Position numbers and translations under genes: made by a program | From: a virus | Lineage: Duplodnaviria; Caudoviricetes | Reading direction: 5' to 3' (one strand) | Length of the DNA stretch: 64,000 bases | Virus record (IMG/VR): IMGVR_UViG_3300033066_001278 | Location: 18,049-82,048 of that record | In this document: one piece after another, positions 27,975 to 38,653 of the stretch | Layout of the letters: the number at the start of each line of letters is the position of its first letter | Numbering within the stretch: position 1 is the first letter of the stretch | The notes under the pieces: generated by a model | The model's input: only the letters and a program-made list of their open reading frames with translations | What the model was told of the DNA's origin: nothing | Database searches by the model: none

Positions 27975-30900
27975 TTATCTTGTTTCTAAGTTAACAACTA
28001 TATTGTTTGCAACAAAGTATTCGTTTTTATTAGCTTCTAATGATAGTGCTTGTCCTGATTTCATATCTTGATTAAAATATAACAATCTAGCCCTATCAAC
28101 ACCAGTAGTTTCTTGAGCTACTACTATTAATGTAGAAGAGTCTAAGATATCTCCCAAAATATTAGTATTAATTGCAGAGATTAATGCATCTTTTACATTT
28201 TGAGCAATCAAGCTTGAAGAACTTAATTGGTCTGCATTTACAACAATATTAACTGTAGCATCAACTTTTATAGGAACTGCACTTCTAACTAGAACGTCTG
28301 CATTGATTGGTTTATTTTCTTCAATATTAAATGTTACGTCTGAAATTAATTTATTATAAGTATAGCGTATAATGATTCTTTCATTTGTTTTTGGCGCTGT
28401 ATAATCATAATATGCTTTATATCTTGAACCAGTGTTTGGTTGATTTGCATTTACTATATTGAATCTAGCAGATGAAGTATTATTAAATCCACTAGAAACA
28501 TAAATAGAGTCTATTAAAGCAAACTTTTTATTTGTATATAAAGTAGAATTCTTTGTAAAAGATAAGCTTTCTGTATCACCTGATTTGCAAATATAGAAAG
28601 TAGCTCTTAATTTATCTCCAACACTTGGTGTATTAGCAACATTGTTTGTTGAACTTGGTAAAATTACATCAAAATTAGATAATGCAGGTGAGACATTATC
28701 TAGTTTATTTATTTCAGTTTTATAAAAAGTATCATTAGCTATAGAGTAATTTTTAACATCATAAGTTGCATATACAGAAAGAACTTCATTAGCTGAAGTA
28801 GCCTCCACTTTTTCTAATTTTACTAATCTAACTAAACTAACTGTTGATGGTATTTCTGTTATGGAAGACAATCCTAAAACATTTCTAATAGCTTCGCTTA
28901 AACTTTGTCTTAAGCTATTTTGTGTAGCATTAAATACAATATCTATACCTTTTGTTATTGTAGTACCAGCAAATGTTAAGATGCCATTTTGATTTGTTTG
29001 GTCTGTTAATGTAGTATTTAAATTAGTTAAACCAGCCTTTAATTGTTTAGATGTATAAAAGATAACTAAGGTTTCAGATAGTGGTATGTTAGTAGTAAAA
29101 TTGATATTTGGTAATAATAATTTATCATTTTCTAAATCAATTACACCATTACTACTCCAAATTTCTTGTCCATCAGATATTCTAATGGCAGCTATTTGAG
29201 ATGAGTTAATGTTATCAAAAGATATATTTAATGTAATTTTGTTTGAAACTAAATCATAAGCAATTACATCATATATGCCTTCATTAGATCCAGATACTAT
29301 ATTCACTTTTTTACCAAGTAAATTAGCAATAGAACTAAAGTTTAAAGAAGCAGAATATAAATAACAAGATTGATTTGTTAATCCAGTTATCACGCCATCT
29401 GTTGCAGAACCAGCTAATGAATCATCATTGCTATTAAATAAATTAAAAGAAACAGCTGCTTCATCTATAAATGAAAACAAATCTAAATAATAGCCATCAA
29501 TAGAGTTATATTGAACTTGAGTTTTGTAATTAAAAAATATTTTGTTAGCAAATGTAAATGGCTGGAATTGTGCTACATCATTTGCATAATATAATATTAA
29601 AACTTTTTCGTTGGTCGCAGGTGCATTTAGGCCAGACAAAGTTAAATAATAATAGCCACTAATATCTGTAGATACTGTGCCTAGATTATTGCTATTCCAT
29701 AAATCTAAGTTGTCAGATAATCTAATAACCTTAAAGATTGAATAGCCATCTAAATATGTAGTTTGAGAATTAGCGGTTAGCGTAACTGTAAAATTTAATC
29801 CTGAAGCTTGTATAGTTGCATTCTCTGATTTTAATACTGACTCTATATTGAAGTCTTGAGTTTTAGCTGTATTATTAATAAAACCATTACCTAATCTAGA
29901 GGCGCTTAGTCCAGTTATTAATGTTGAAAATAATTGTTGAACATTAGCTATATAATTTACATAGCAATAAAAAGAATTGGATGTAGTTGTATAATTTGCT
30001 ACTGGAATTGTTATTTGATTTAATAAAAAGTTTCCAGTTGAACTGTTTACTGTAAAGATATCAGTTGTATTATAAATAAAAGTAATAGTATCACCTTCTT
30101 TTGCAATTGTATCAGAAGGAAGAACTATTGTTGCTTGATATCTAATAGAAGAATTTATTACTACTCTTGAGCTAGAAAAAATCCCGTCATTATCATTTGT
30201 ATGATAACATTCTTTAAATGTATTTTTTAAATAAGCATATTCTAATGATGTAAATTCTTCAGGTAAATCTGTTATTGTTACAACTTTTCTACCAGCAAAA
30301 TCAGTTAAATTTAACTCAACCACACCATCTATTTCTGAAAATACATTTGATGAAACTATTGCAGAAACTGGATGTGTTGACGTGCCATTAAAATAAGTAT
30401 TGCTTAAGTTTCTAGTGAATTTTACAAGCTCACCTTTAACTAAATTTGACATTCCCCAATCAATGTTATCGCCAGGAGTTCTTAAATTATAATCATTAAG
30501 CTTACCATCATAGTCAACATAAGGATCATAAGAGAAAATCCACTCATAGTCTACTTGAAGTGTATCACTTAAAGCTGGTAAATTATTTCCTGATACTTTA
30601 ATTCTGCCGGTCTCATTTATAGAACCGCTGCCATCAGGATTTTGTGAAACAACTGTATATGTTTCACCAGTAGTAACATTAAATACTCTTGTTACATTTG
30701 TGATTGGAGTATGGGCTAAAATAATAATTGATCTATCACTAGAATATATTGTACTATTTTCATTAGTAATTAATATATTCTGAGTTAATTTATTTGAAGC
30801 AATAAAATCAGAGAAGTTTAATTGATCTTGACCATTAAATTGCCCCTTAACTTTATCCTCATCAAAGTCGCTTATTTGATTTGAAATCCAATGGAATTTA

Positions 30901-32051
30901 TCAAAACCAAATGGACTTCCGCTATATGAACTTGTATCAGGGATAATTTCATAATTTCCAGAAACTCTTCCTAATGAATCTGTTGATTTTGGTATAAAAT
31001 TAGAGCCGCTAGATGTTCCAGAAACTTGTGAAACTGAATCTACAGGTTGTGCAGGCAATTGTGCATTATTGATTTCATCAATTCTTTTACGAGTAATAGT
31101 TTTATTTTGATCTCCATCTATCTGGCCTAAAACTATATCATTTTTAGAATTTGTAGCGTCACCAGTATTGCTTTTATCACGATAGATAAATGTATCAATG
31201 TTATCAGCAGTTCTTGTTCCTAAAATTACAACATCTACTTTGCCACCAGTGCCTTCTGATACTATTGTTTTTGCACCAGTTGAATTAGTCTCAACAATAG
31301 TGCCATCTCTGGTCATTAATACATCGCCAGGTTGAATTACAACAGCATCTAAAACACTGGCGTCTGATAAGGCAACATTTTTATAACCTACAGCTGTGCC
31401 AATATTAGATCCGCTAAATATTGAAAGGATTCTATTTCTATAAGATGCATCAGATTCTTGATCTGAACCACCTGAAAATTGACTAACATTAGTTACATTA
31501 CTAACGCCAGCAATGGTTGTTGAATTTAATGCGTATTTAGCAATATTTCCAGAACTGCCAGAAACAGTTGATTGAACTGTAACCTCTACAGCATATTGAT
31601 CAGAAATTCCAACAAAGTCTAGATCAGATCTATATTTAGTGGCAATTGATTTATAATAATTTGTTTGAGATGGTAAAACTGATAAAGAACTAGCAACAGA
31701 AAAACTTACATTGTTATTTGAAAATACATTACTTCCAGCTGATATAGCTACTGAAGCAGGAATAGAAGAAAAGGTTAGTATAGCAATACCAGAAGCTTGG
31801 GCACCACTTTTTCTAGTAATACCATAATTAGCGCCTATTTTATCTAAGTCAGCACCATTGGCTGATCTAATTGATTGAATATTACTTATTCTTGATAGTT
31901 CTTCATATACCAAACTTAATTGAGATGCTGGTGCATCAATAAATACATCTCTTTCAACCGTTGCAGGTTTAGTATCTAAGTCAGGTTGTGCTATCTTAAA
32001 ATAATCTATAAGAGCACTTATAATTTCGTTTATCGAACGAATATTAGCCAT
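27975..32051 (-). CDS. Baseplate J-like wedge protein with a large internal insertion (1358 aa)
   Basis: N-terminal ANGADLDKIGANYGITRKSG...A.G...F, GGSDQESDASYRNRI; C-terminal baseplate-J-like end (SLEANKNEYFV). Confidence 0.82.
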   Translation of the reverse strand: MANIRSINEIISALIDYFKIAQPDLDTKPATVERDVFIDAPASQLSLVYEELSRISNIQSIRSANGADLDKIGANYGITRKSGAQASGIAILTFSSIPASVAISAGSNVFSNNNVSFSVASSLSVLPSQTNYYKSIATKYRSDLDFVGISDQYAVEVTVQSTVSGSSGNIAKYALNSTTIAGVSNVTNVSQFSGGSDQESDASYRNRILSIFSGSNIGTAVGYKNVALSDASVLDAVVIQPGDVLMTRDGTIVETNSTGAKTIVSEGTGGKVDVVILGTRTADNIDTFIYRDKSNTGDATNSKNDIVLGQIDGDQNKTITRKRIDEINNAQLPAQPVDSVSQVSGTSSGSNFIPKSTDSLGRVSGNYEIIPDTSSYSGSPFGFDKFHWISNQISDFDEDKVKGQFNGQDQLNFSDFIASNKLTQNILITNENSTIYSSDRSIIILAHTPITNVTRVFNVTTGETYTVVSQNPDGSGSINETGRIKVSGNNLPALSDTLQVDYEWIFSYDPYVDYDGKLNDYNLRTPGDNIDWGMSNLVKGELVKFTRNLSNTYFNGTSTHPVSAIVSSNVFSEIDGVVELNLTDFAGRKVVTITDLPEEFTSLEYAYLKNTFKECYHTNDNDGIFSSSRVVINSSIRYQATIVLPSDTIAKEGDTITFIYNTTDIFTVNSSTGNFLLNQITIPVANYTTTSNSFYCYVNYIANVQQLFSTLITGLSASRLGNGFINNTAKTQDFNIESVLKSENATIQASGLNFTVTLTANSQTTYLDGYSIFKVIRLSDNLDLWNSNNLGTVSTDISGYYYLTLSGLNAPATNEKVLILYYANDVAQFQPFTFANKIFFNYKTQVQYNSIDGYYLDLFSFIDEAAVSFNLFNSNDDSLAGSATDGVITGLTNQSCYLYSASLNFSSIANLLGKKVNIVSGSNEGIYDVIAYDLVSNKITLNISFDNINSSQIAAIRISDGQEIWSSNGVIDLENDKLLLPNINFTTNIPLSETLVIFYTSKQLKAGLTNLNTTLTDQTNQNGILTFAGTTITKGIDIVFNATQNSLRQSLSEAIRNVLGLSSITEIPSTVSLVRLVKLEKVEATSANEVLSVYATYDVKNYSIANDTFYKTEINKLDNVSPALSNFDVILPSSTNNVANTPSVGDKLRATFYICKSGDTESLSFTKNSTLYTNKKFALIDSIYVSSGFNNTSSARFNIVNANQPNTGSRYKAYYDYTAPKTNERIIIRYTYNKLISDVTFNIEENKPINADVLVRSAVPIKVDATVNIVVNADQLSSSSLIAQNVKDALISAINTNILGDILDSSTLIVVAQETTGVDRARLLYFNQDMKSGQALSLEANKNEYFVANNIVVNLETR

Positions 32052-32064
32052 TGAATTCCTATAC

Positions 32065-32072
32065 TATATATC
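32065..32072 (-). promoter_or_regulatory. Putative late-promoter motif GATATATA upstream of the baseplate J-like gene
   Basis: GATATATA-GTATAGGAATTCA-ATG. Confidence 0.55.
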
Positions 32073-32089
32073 GAAAAAACCTTCATTAT

Positions 32090-32521
32090 TTATGTTACCA
32101 AATTAAATGATGTAGTTTTTATTTCGAAAGCCTTTGTTAATACTGAAACTAATACGATATACAATCTTGGGTCTTGACTATTTCTTCTAATAGACACATC
32201 CAAAATAGCGGCAATATGCTCACTTGCTGTAACATTTTGTCTAGAGTAATTAAGTTGCTCTTGCTGTAATAACATTAAGTTTTCAATAGCATTTTTTAGC
32301 TGAGTTGTAGCAATAGTTTCTGTCATTTTAACATCTAACACATTTCCAACAACAGAGCGTGATAAATAAGACCCATACCAGGGCTGTAATGAGTTTGAGC
32401 CTACATCAGTTAGGCAAACTTTTAAAATATCTTGGATTAGCTTATTAGTATTTTCTACTAAAACCAATTTCCCATTTTTAATAGTAATTGAACCGTTTTC
32501 TAGTTTAAAATCAAAAGACAT
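32090..32521 (-). CDS. gp25/GPW-like baseplate wedge subunit
   Basis: 143 aa; KLIQDILKVCLT.VGS..LQPWYGS; position directly before baseplate J. Confidence 0.8.
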   Translation of the reverse strand: MSFDFKLENGSITIKNGKLVLVENTNKLIQDILKVCLTDVGSNSLQPWYGSYLSRSVVGNVLDVKMTETIATTQLKNAIENLMLLQQEQLNYSRQNVTASEHIAAILDVSIRRNSQDPRLYIVLVSVLTKAFEIKTTSFNLVT

Positions 32522-32535
32522 TTTATGTTATGCCT

Positions 32536-34200
32536 TTAAAATAGCTTCTCTCTATCTTTATAGAACTTATTGGCTAATAATAAGATTTGCCTTAAATACT
32601 CTTCATATTTTTTTAAAACTTCATTTGGACTATATTTATCAGGACGAGAAGTTTGGGCGTTTCTGTCATAAACTTCAGGGCATATAAGTGAAGAATTAGT
32701 TTTTAGTCTGTTAAAGCATCTGTCATCTAACATATAAATTAAATAATCTAGATCCATTATCCAAAAAGCGGCTATTATTGATATAATATCTATTAAACCA
32801 ATTCCTATAGACTCTCCTGTAATAACATCATTTTCAAACAATAAAGAATTAGCATTTTTACCTAAATTTTCTTTACTTTTTAATAAAACAGGTAATTGAG
32901 ACTCTTGGGTTTTATTTACATTTGTAAATTCATTATAAATAGTAGCATTTCCATTAAACGTATATGACCCAATATCTGGGGCTGTATTATTTGATTCTGT
33001 AGAACTTTTAATATTTACTAAAATAGAATCTAAGTCTTGATTAATTTTTAATTGAATTATGTCTTGCTCTATTTGTTTATTATTTGTACCATTTAATAAG
33101 ATATTTCTTAAAGTACAGCCATATTCAATGCCATTTTTAGATGGAATAGGTGCCCAATCTATTTTTTCAAAAATATTTTCTATTTCTTTTTTATTTAAAA
33201 ATAACTTATTAGCTAATGCATCTAGTATTTTAATAAATTTATTAAAAGATTGAAGTTCTAATAAGCTTCTTTTGCCAAGTGTAGTTTTAAAATTTAATAC
33301 AACTTCATTCAATGAATCATCTGCATCTGTTTGAAAGCTAATAAAATCAATGATTTCAGTAACAAATGATGAATTATCTACAGTGGTAGAGGCATTATTA
33401 GCTGAATCACCGCATCTTAATGAAATTATTTTTTCAATTAAAGGACGTTTTAAAAATTTGCCAGGTTTAATGGCTGCATCTGTGTTATCTTCCAAAAATG
33501 GAGCACATATTGAGTTTTCGCAAGGTGTAACTGTAAGTTCTATTCTTGGATCTACTATAAGTGGCTTAATACAATGTTTAACTTGAGAAAAATTAATAGT
33601 TGGATCTGCGCCAGCCGAATCAGGATATAATTTTTTAAAATTATACACAGTAGATGTGTCATTTGAGTATGTATTTGATACAGTATTAAATACTCCTTCA
33701 GATAAATTTGAAAATATAGTTGGATTTATACCAATCCAAGCTGATCTAGCAATTGCATTATTATCTTGTTTAGAAAATACATTTAACATATTTTTAACAT
33801 ATAGCTCTCTTTCATTCATTGCATTATAGGTTGCAATATCAATTGAGTTAGCAATATTTTCTAAGTTTTTAATTAAATTTTCATCTAAATTTAAAGACTT
33901 GTCGTAGCCAGGATTATGAATTAAGTTATTAAAGATAATTGGAAAGCCAATCATTCTATAAAAAGCATGACATCTACTCTCTTGTTCATTACGTGGAACA
34001 GGTCCATTTGATAATGCAGTTAAGCTATTTGCTTTGGTTATTTTGCCTTTTACTAATATCTGGTTTGATATAGGTGAGAAATGACTTCTATACTTATCTA
34101 TTTCTTTTATATAATTATTGTAAAGTTTAGTAATGTCAATATTAGTGATATCTTGGTCATCACCAAACACTGATTTGTCTAAAGGAGTTTTTGTAGCCAT
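32536..34200 (-). CDS. Hypothetical protein in the baseplate cluster
   Basis: 554-aa ORF with TAATG overlap; no recognised motif. Confidence 0.7.
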   Translation of the reverse strand: MATKTPLDKSVFGDDQDITNIDITKLYNNYIKEIDKYRSHFSPISNQILVKGKITKANSLTALSNGPVPRNEQESRCHAFYRMIGFPIIFNNLIHNPGYDKSLNLDENLIKNLENIANSIDIATYNAMNERELYVKNMLNVFSKQDNNAIARSAWIGINPTIFSNLSEGVFNTVSNTYSNDTSTVYNFKKLYPDSAGADPTINFSQVKHCIKPLIVDPRIELTVTPCENSICAPFLEDNTDAAIKPGKFLKRPLIEKIISLRCGDSANNASTTVDNSSFVTEIIDFISFQTDADDSLNEVVLNFKTTLGKRSLLELQSFNKFIKILDALANKLFLNKKEIENIFEKIDWAPIPSKNGIEYGCTLRNILLNGTNNKQIEQDIIQLKINQDLDSILVNIKSSTESNNTAPDIGSYTFNGNATIYNEFTNVNKTQESQLPVLLKSKENLGKNANSLLFENDVITGESIGIGLIDIISIIAAFWIMDLDYLIYMLDDRCFNRLKTNSSLICPEVYDRNAQTSRPDKYSPNEVLKKYEEYLRQILLLANKFYKDREKLF

Positions 34201-36305
34201 TATGAAATTACTCCGTTAGATCCAGAGCTGACATCAGTATAATCTCTTCTTGGTTTACCATCATCTGTAAGCATATCTGAGCCAATGAATTCATATGATA
34301 ATATTTTTTCTTCAACTGTAATTGCTGAACCAAGATCAGTTGGTATGGTTAAAGTTGAAATGGTTTTACCATTAACAATTGCTTTGGCTGTACCTTTTCC
34401 AGAAACATCACTGCTAATTGGTGAAATAAATTCTCCAGTTTCAAGATTATAAGTAAAATCTTTAAATGTACCAAAAGTTGCATTCATAGTTATTTTCTTA
34501 GCTATCTCAGAAGAGACGGATGCTGGTAAAGATTTTGCTATTTCATTATTATTTTTATCTTTTAATATGATTTTAGCTTGAATTTCATTATTCACAAACT
34601 GTAATGTTGGAACTAAAGCAAAGGAACTATTATAAGGATCATATGCAGCAAGTATTGCATCTATTAGAGATAACACTGAAGAATCTTTTAATGTTCCTAA
34701 ACATGAGCTAATTTCTGCAGAAAAAGTAGCAACACTCTCTACTGATACATTAGATATAAACTTATTTATTGCAGCGTCTAAACAAATATTGGTTGCATTA
34801 ATATCTGGAAGCTTAGTTAATAGAGTTTCTAGTATTGGTTGAATGCTAGCTAAGTTAGCAGAAACAGTCGCATTAATTGTATTTTTATCTATTGCAACAT
34901 CAGGCATACAGCCAAGTGTAATTAGATCATAATTAAATAATACATCATGGTTTATTTTTAATGAGTATAAAGAATCTCCATACTCATATCCATCTAGTGG
35001 ATTTAAAATAATTGGGGGAGTTAAGTCTTGTTCAGGCAAGTGTATTAAAGTATTTAATGTAGCTTGTATACCGTCTAACATAACTGGCGTAACTCCATCT
35101 TTTTCATATACTAAACCACCAGTGAGATCAAATACGCCAGTTGGTTGACTCACTTGTCCATTTTGATAATCTAAATTATAATTTGTTGGAGGATTGGTTA
35201 CTATACAGTTTTTAATAACAACTTTTCTTGTACCAAGTGTGTCTATACGACTAAAATCATTTGGATTATAGTTGATACTAATATCAATTGCATATGGTAC
35301 ACTGTTGGCTTTTGATGTTTTATCAAATACAGTGCCATCTGGAAAAAATACTTTATCGGATCCCTCAGGTAAATCATATGCATGAGTAATATTATAAAAA
35401 TATTTTTGAATGGTTTGATAGCCATCCCAATATTGCCAACTTTCATTTCTCAATGTAGAATATTCTACTGTAATAAATGAAGTTCCTGGAGTGCTAACAG
35501 AAGATGTTAGTTTATTTAAGTATTTTAATGTTCCACTTGTACCATTATAGATTGTGTTCTTGAGATAAGCTGGACAAACCTCAGCATCACAACAATCAAA
35601 GTCATCACCAGTACCAGATTCACATGGTGGGATTCTAAATGATTTTGTTAATATAAAGTTTATTAATTCAAAGATAACAATGAAAGGTGATAATATCAAA
35701 AACAAATTTTGAAGATCACAAATTAAATTGCCTATTTTTTTAGTAATAGAAAGAATAGAGTCTGCATCAGCTTGATCAACAGCTTTAGTTAATAGTTGAA
35801 CATTTTCTAAAATTGTTGTGATAAAATCAGCTACTTGGGCAATAATATATTCTATCAAAGCAATTAATAAAAGTAATAATGAAATTATCATTACTAATAA
35901 AGCAAACTGTGGAAATAATGCAAGAAAATCAGGTATACAAACTCTAAATAATCTTCTTATGGCTTTAACAAGCTTAAATGGATTTTTTAAAGAACATAAT
36001 ACTTCTATTATACACAGAATTATGTTTAATACTGGAAGAAAGAAAGTGTATAAATATAAAAATGGTGTAAATTTTTCTAATAATGAAATTACTCCATCTA
36101 AAAGAGATCTTGAGTATTCAGGACTTAATAGTGGTTTTAATGTGCCAGGTGGTAACGCTAAAGATAATAGATCAAATATTGATTTTAAATTAGGCATATC
36201 GGTACTAGGACCGAAAGGTGGAAATGGTACTTTAGGCGCAACTATCCCGCTTGGACTTCCAATTGGTGGTGGATTAACTACTGGATCTGTTACGCACGCT
36301 GCCAT
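34200..36305 (-). CDS. Hypothetical protein with predicted transmembrane helices, baseplate cluster
   Basis: 701 aa; hydrophobic FALLVMIISLLLLLIALIEYII and two further hydrophobic stretches. Confidence 0.7.
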   Translation of the reverse strand: MAACVTDPVVNPPPIGSPSGIVAPKVPFPPFGPSTDMPNLKSIFDLLSLALPPGTLKPLLSPEYSRSLLDGVISLLEKFTPFLYLYTFFLPVLNIILCIIEVLCSLKNPFKLVKAIRRLFRVCIPDFLALFPQFALLVMIISLLLLLIALIEYIIAQVADFITTILENVQLLTKAVDQADADSILSITKKIGNLICDLQNLFLILSPFIVIFELINFILTKSFRIPPCESGTGDDFDCCDAEVCPAYLKNTIYNGTSGTLKYLNKLTSSVSTPGTSFITVEYSTLRNESWQYWDGYQTIQKYFYNITHAYDLPEGSDKVFFPDGTVFDKTSKANSVPYAIDISINYNPNDFSRIDTLGTRKVVIKNCIVTNPPTNYNLDYQNGQVSQPTGVFDLTGGLVYEKDGVTPVMLDGIQATLNTLIHLPEQDLTPPIILNPLDGYEYGDSLYSLKINHDVLFNYDLITLGCMPDVAIDKNTINATVSANLASIQPILETLLTKLPDINATNICLDAAINKFISNVSVESVATFSAEISSCLGTLKDSSVLSLIDAILAAYDPYNSSFALVPTLQFVNNEIQAKIILKDKNNNEIAKSLPASVSSEIAKKITMNATFGTFKDFTYNLETGEFISPISSDVSGKGTAKAIVNGKTISTLTIPTDLGSAITVEEKILSYEFIGSDMLTDDGKPRRDYTDVSSGSNGVIS

Positions 36306-36309
36306 TTAA

Positions 36310-36663
36310 TTATTCTTCGCCTGGTAGTTTTGTTTCAAAAGTTCCCACAGTCTCTTCTATATCTAGATTTTTCTTTATTTCATTTTCTATTGTATTAGAT
36401 AAATATTCAGCCACTTGAGAGATCTTAACAAGATCTGGATTTTCTATATTGTAGAATGAAATAATATTAGAAGCAAATCTACATACTCCATGATAAATAT
36501 TTTCTTTCAATTCTTCAGAAGAAAATTCATTATTGTCATAAACAAAAGAATTATTATACAAAATACCCTCACCTATTGCAGCTATTTTGGTTAGCCCTAA
36601 CTCTTTAGCTTCTTCAACTTGAGCTTTTAATCTTTCTTCTGCTATTTTATTAAGTTTTTTCAT
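36310..36663 (-). CDS. Hypothetical protein
   Basis: 117-aa ORF with ATGA overlap to the spike gene. Confidence 0.7.
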   Translation of the reverse strand: MKKLNKIAEERLKAQVEEAKELGLTKIAAIGEGILYNNSFVYDNNEFSSEELKENIYHGVCRFASNIISFYNIENPDLVKISQVAEYLSNTIENEIKKNLDIEETVGTFETKLPGEE

Positions 36664-38651
36664 ATTGCTCCACCTTTTTTCCTAACAAGTCTTCTATTTA
36701 AATATAATTGATCTGATTCTATATTAATATCACCAACAGATCTAAATGTCATGCCTTCATTTGCATACATGGTAATTTTCCCAGGAGTAGATACTGTAAT
36801 TCCTTCATTATCTATTCTAAATACTGAAACCACATTCTTATTTATATTAAATACTTTAAGATCAAAAGCTCCAGCTCTATGAGTGAGATTATCTAAATCT
36901 TTAAATCTTGTATCTTCATTTGGGGTTGTGCCACCAATTTCTATATAGAAATCACCATCTAATGAAAGCCCTGCCGAGATATTATTTTTATCTCTTCCAA
37001 TGTTGCCTATCAAGCCACCTTGAGTGTCTAAAACTAATGATTGTCTATTAACTGTATTAGCACCAATGTTTAAATCTAAAGATCCATCTAAATTAATAGA
37101 TCCTGAACGACCGCCAGCATTGGCTGATGCACCAACAGCTTTAATAGAAGAGGCGATAACATCTTTAATAGATACTATTCTTCCCAATGTAAAAGATGTA
37201 GTTGGGATATATTCATCTACATCTAATGTAGATGCTTGAGAAGCTCTAAGTGTTGATGTAACATTATGATAAGCTGTACCCCAACCTAAATAAGATGATG
37301 ATAATCTATTTAATGGTGCTTCATTGCTTGAAGAGCTAGAATCAGTTAATTTAACAACACTAGATACAGAGCTAATTGGCTCTAATAAAATATCAACATT
37401 ATCTGAGTTAAATACTAAGTCATCTGGATTATTTGATTTTGGATTAGGATATACTGTTGTAAAATTTTCATAGCGAGTTAATAAAGGAACATTTCCTGTT
37501 TCACTTGTGGCAGGTATATTAATTTTAAACATACCCTCTTTATCAATATCAATAAACATTCTAGATCTATTTCTAGAATAATTATCAGTTGCATTTACAT
37601 TAGGTGGTCCTTCCGTTGACTTTCTAGCATTAAGTTCCCAGTGTAAAGCTAAAGATTTTCTTTGTAACTCTCTTATTTTTTTATAAGAACTATTGCTAGA
37701 ATTAATAGAAGTTTTTATAGTTTTAGCTGATAACTCTTCTGATTGACCAATTGGTATAATATTTCTATTAATATCTATTAGATTACCATAAATATCTACA
37801 ACTGTACCAGATATACTTTCAATTAAATAATTAGGTTCCACCAAGCTAAGTGATAATGTATCAGCTCTACTTTTACGTCTAGATAAAATATTAGTATCTA
37901 CATTATTTGATTTATTCTTTTTATAAAGCTCTATTTCATTTAGTTCATTAGATACATCATAAGAGTAAGCAAATTCATATGTAAGCTTTCTGTTTTCAAC
38001 AAATGGTGGATTCTTAACAGAGTTACCAAAATTAGATTGGCTTAAATATGTCTTGGGATCCATTGAAATAACTTTCAATGTATCATCATACTCATGACTG
38101 GTTAGTCTAAGTGATGAAGCCATATTTAAATTCGGTTTGATATCTCTTTTAACAACACCAGATATTTCTCTAGAAGACTCTGTAAACTTTAAGCTAGTAT
38201 CAAATGTATTTGAGGCAAGACCTCTATTAGCATCAAAATTATAATAATCTTCTTTACTGCCAATAAAAATACCATCAGTTAATGATACTTTAACAACATT
38301 ATTTTCGCCAGCAGTAATGTAATAATTACCTGAATCAAGATCTTGTAATTTAGCATTTTTAACACTATAAACAGAAGTATAATTTCTGACCATAGTTGAT
38401 AAAACATAATAAGACCCACCTTCTGCTTGGAGAATAATTACAGTGGTTCCAACTTCAGGAGCGCCACCAGCAAATACTCCATCAGAAGAATAATAAGATA
38501 CAGGTAATTGGGCTTTTACAGTTTGTTGATCTGCCACTAAAGACGGATTTAATGAAACTTCCACAGCATATTCATTAGGAATAACTTTTTTAATTGTTCC
38601 TATTGAAAGTAAACCTGGAGTTCCATTTGTGCTGCTTATTTTAGGAGGCAT
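36660..38651 (-). CDS. Baseplate central spike-like protein (gp5/VgrG-type layout)
   Basis: N-terminal OB-fold-like segment (GTIKKV...GGAPEVGTTVII), C-terminal short beta repeats (ITMYANEGMTFRSVGDINIESDQLYLN); follows the hub gene. Confidence 0.62.
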   Translation of the reverse strand: MPPKISSTNGTPGLLSIGTIKKVIPNEYAVEVSLNPSLVADQQTVKAQLPVSYYSSDGVFAGGAPEVGTTVIILQAEGGSYYVLSTMVRNYTSVYSVKNAKLQDLDSGNYYITAGENNVVKVSLTDGIFIGSKEDYYNFDANRGLASNTFDTSLKFTESSREISGVVKRDIKPNLNMASSLRLTSHEYDDTLKVISMDPKTYLSQSNFGNSVKNPPFVENRKLTYEFAYSYDVSNELNEIELYKKNKSNNVDTNILSRRKSRADTLSLSLVEPNYLIESISGTVVDIYGNLIDINRNIIPIGQSEELSAKTIKTSINSSNSSYKKIRELQRKSLALHWELNARKSTEGPPNVNATDNYSRNRSRMFIDIDKEGMFKINIPATSETGNVPLLTRYENFTTVYPNPKSNNPDDLVFNSDNVDILLEPISSVSSVVKLTDSSSSSNEAPLNRLSSSYLGWGTAYHNVTSTLRASQASTLDVDEYIPTTSFTLGRIVSIKDVIASSIKAVGASANAGGRSGSINLDGSLDLNIGANTVNRQSLVLDTQGGLIGNIGRDKNNISAGLSLDGDFYIEIGGTTPNEDTRFKDLDNLTHRAGAFDLKVFNINKNVVSVFRIDNEGITVSTPGKITMYANEGMTFRSVGDINIESDQLYLNRRLVRKKGGAI

Positions 38652-38653
38652 TA

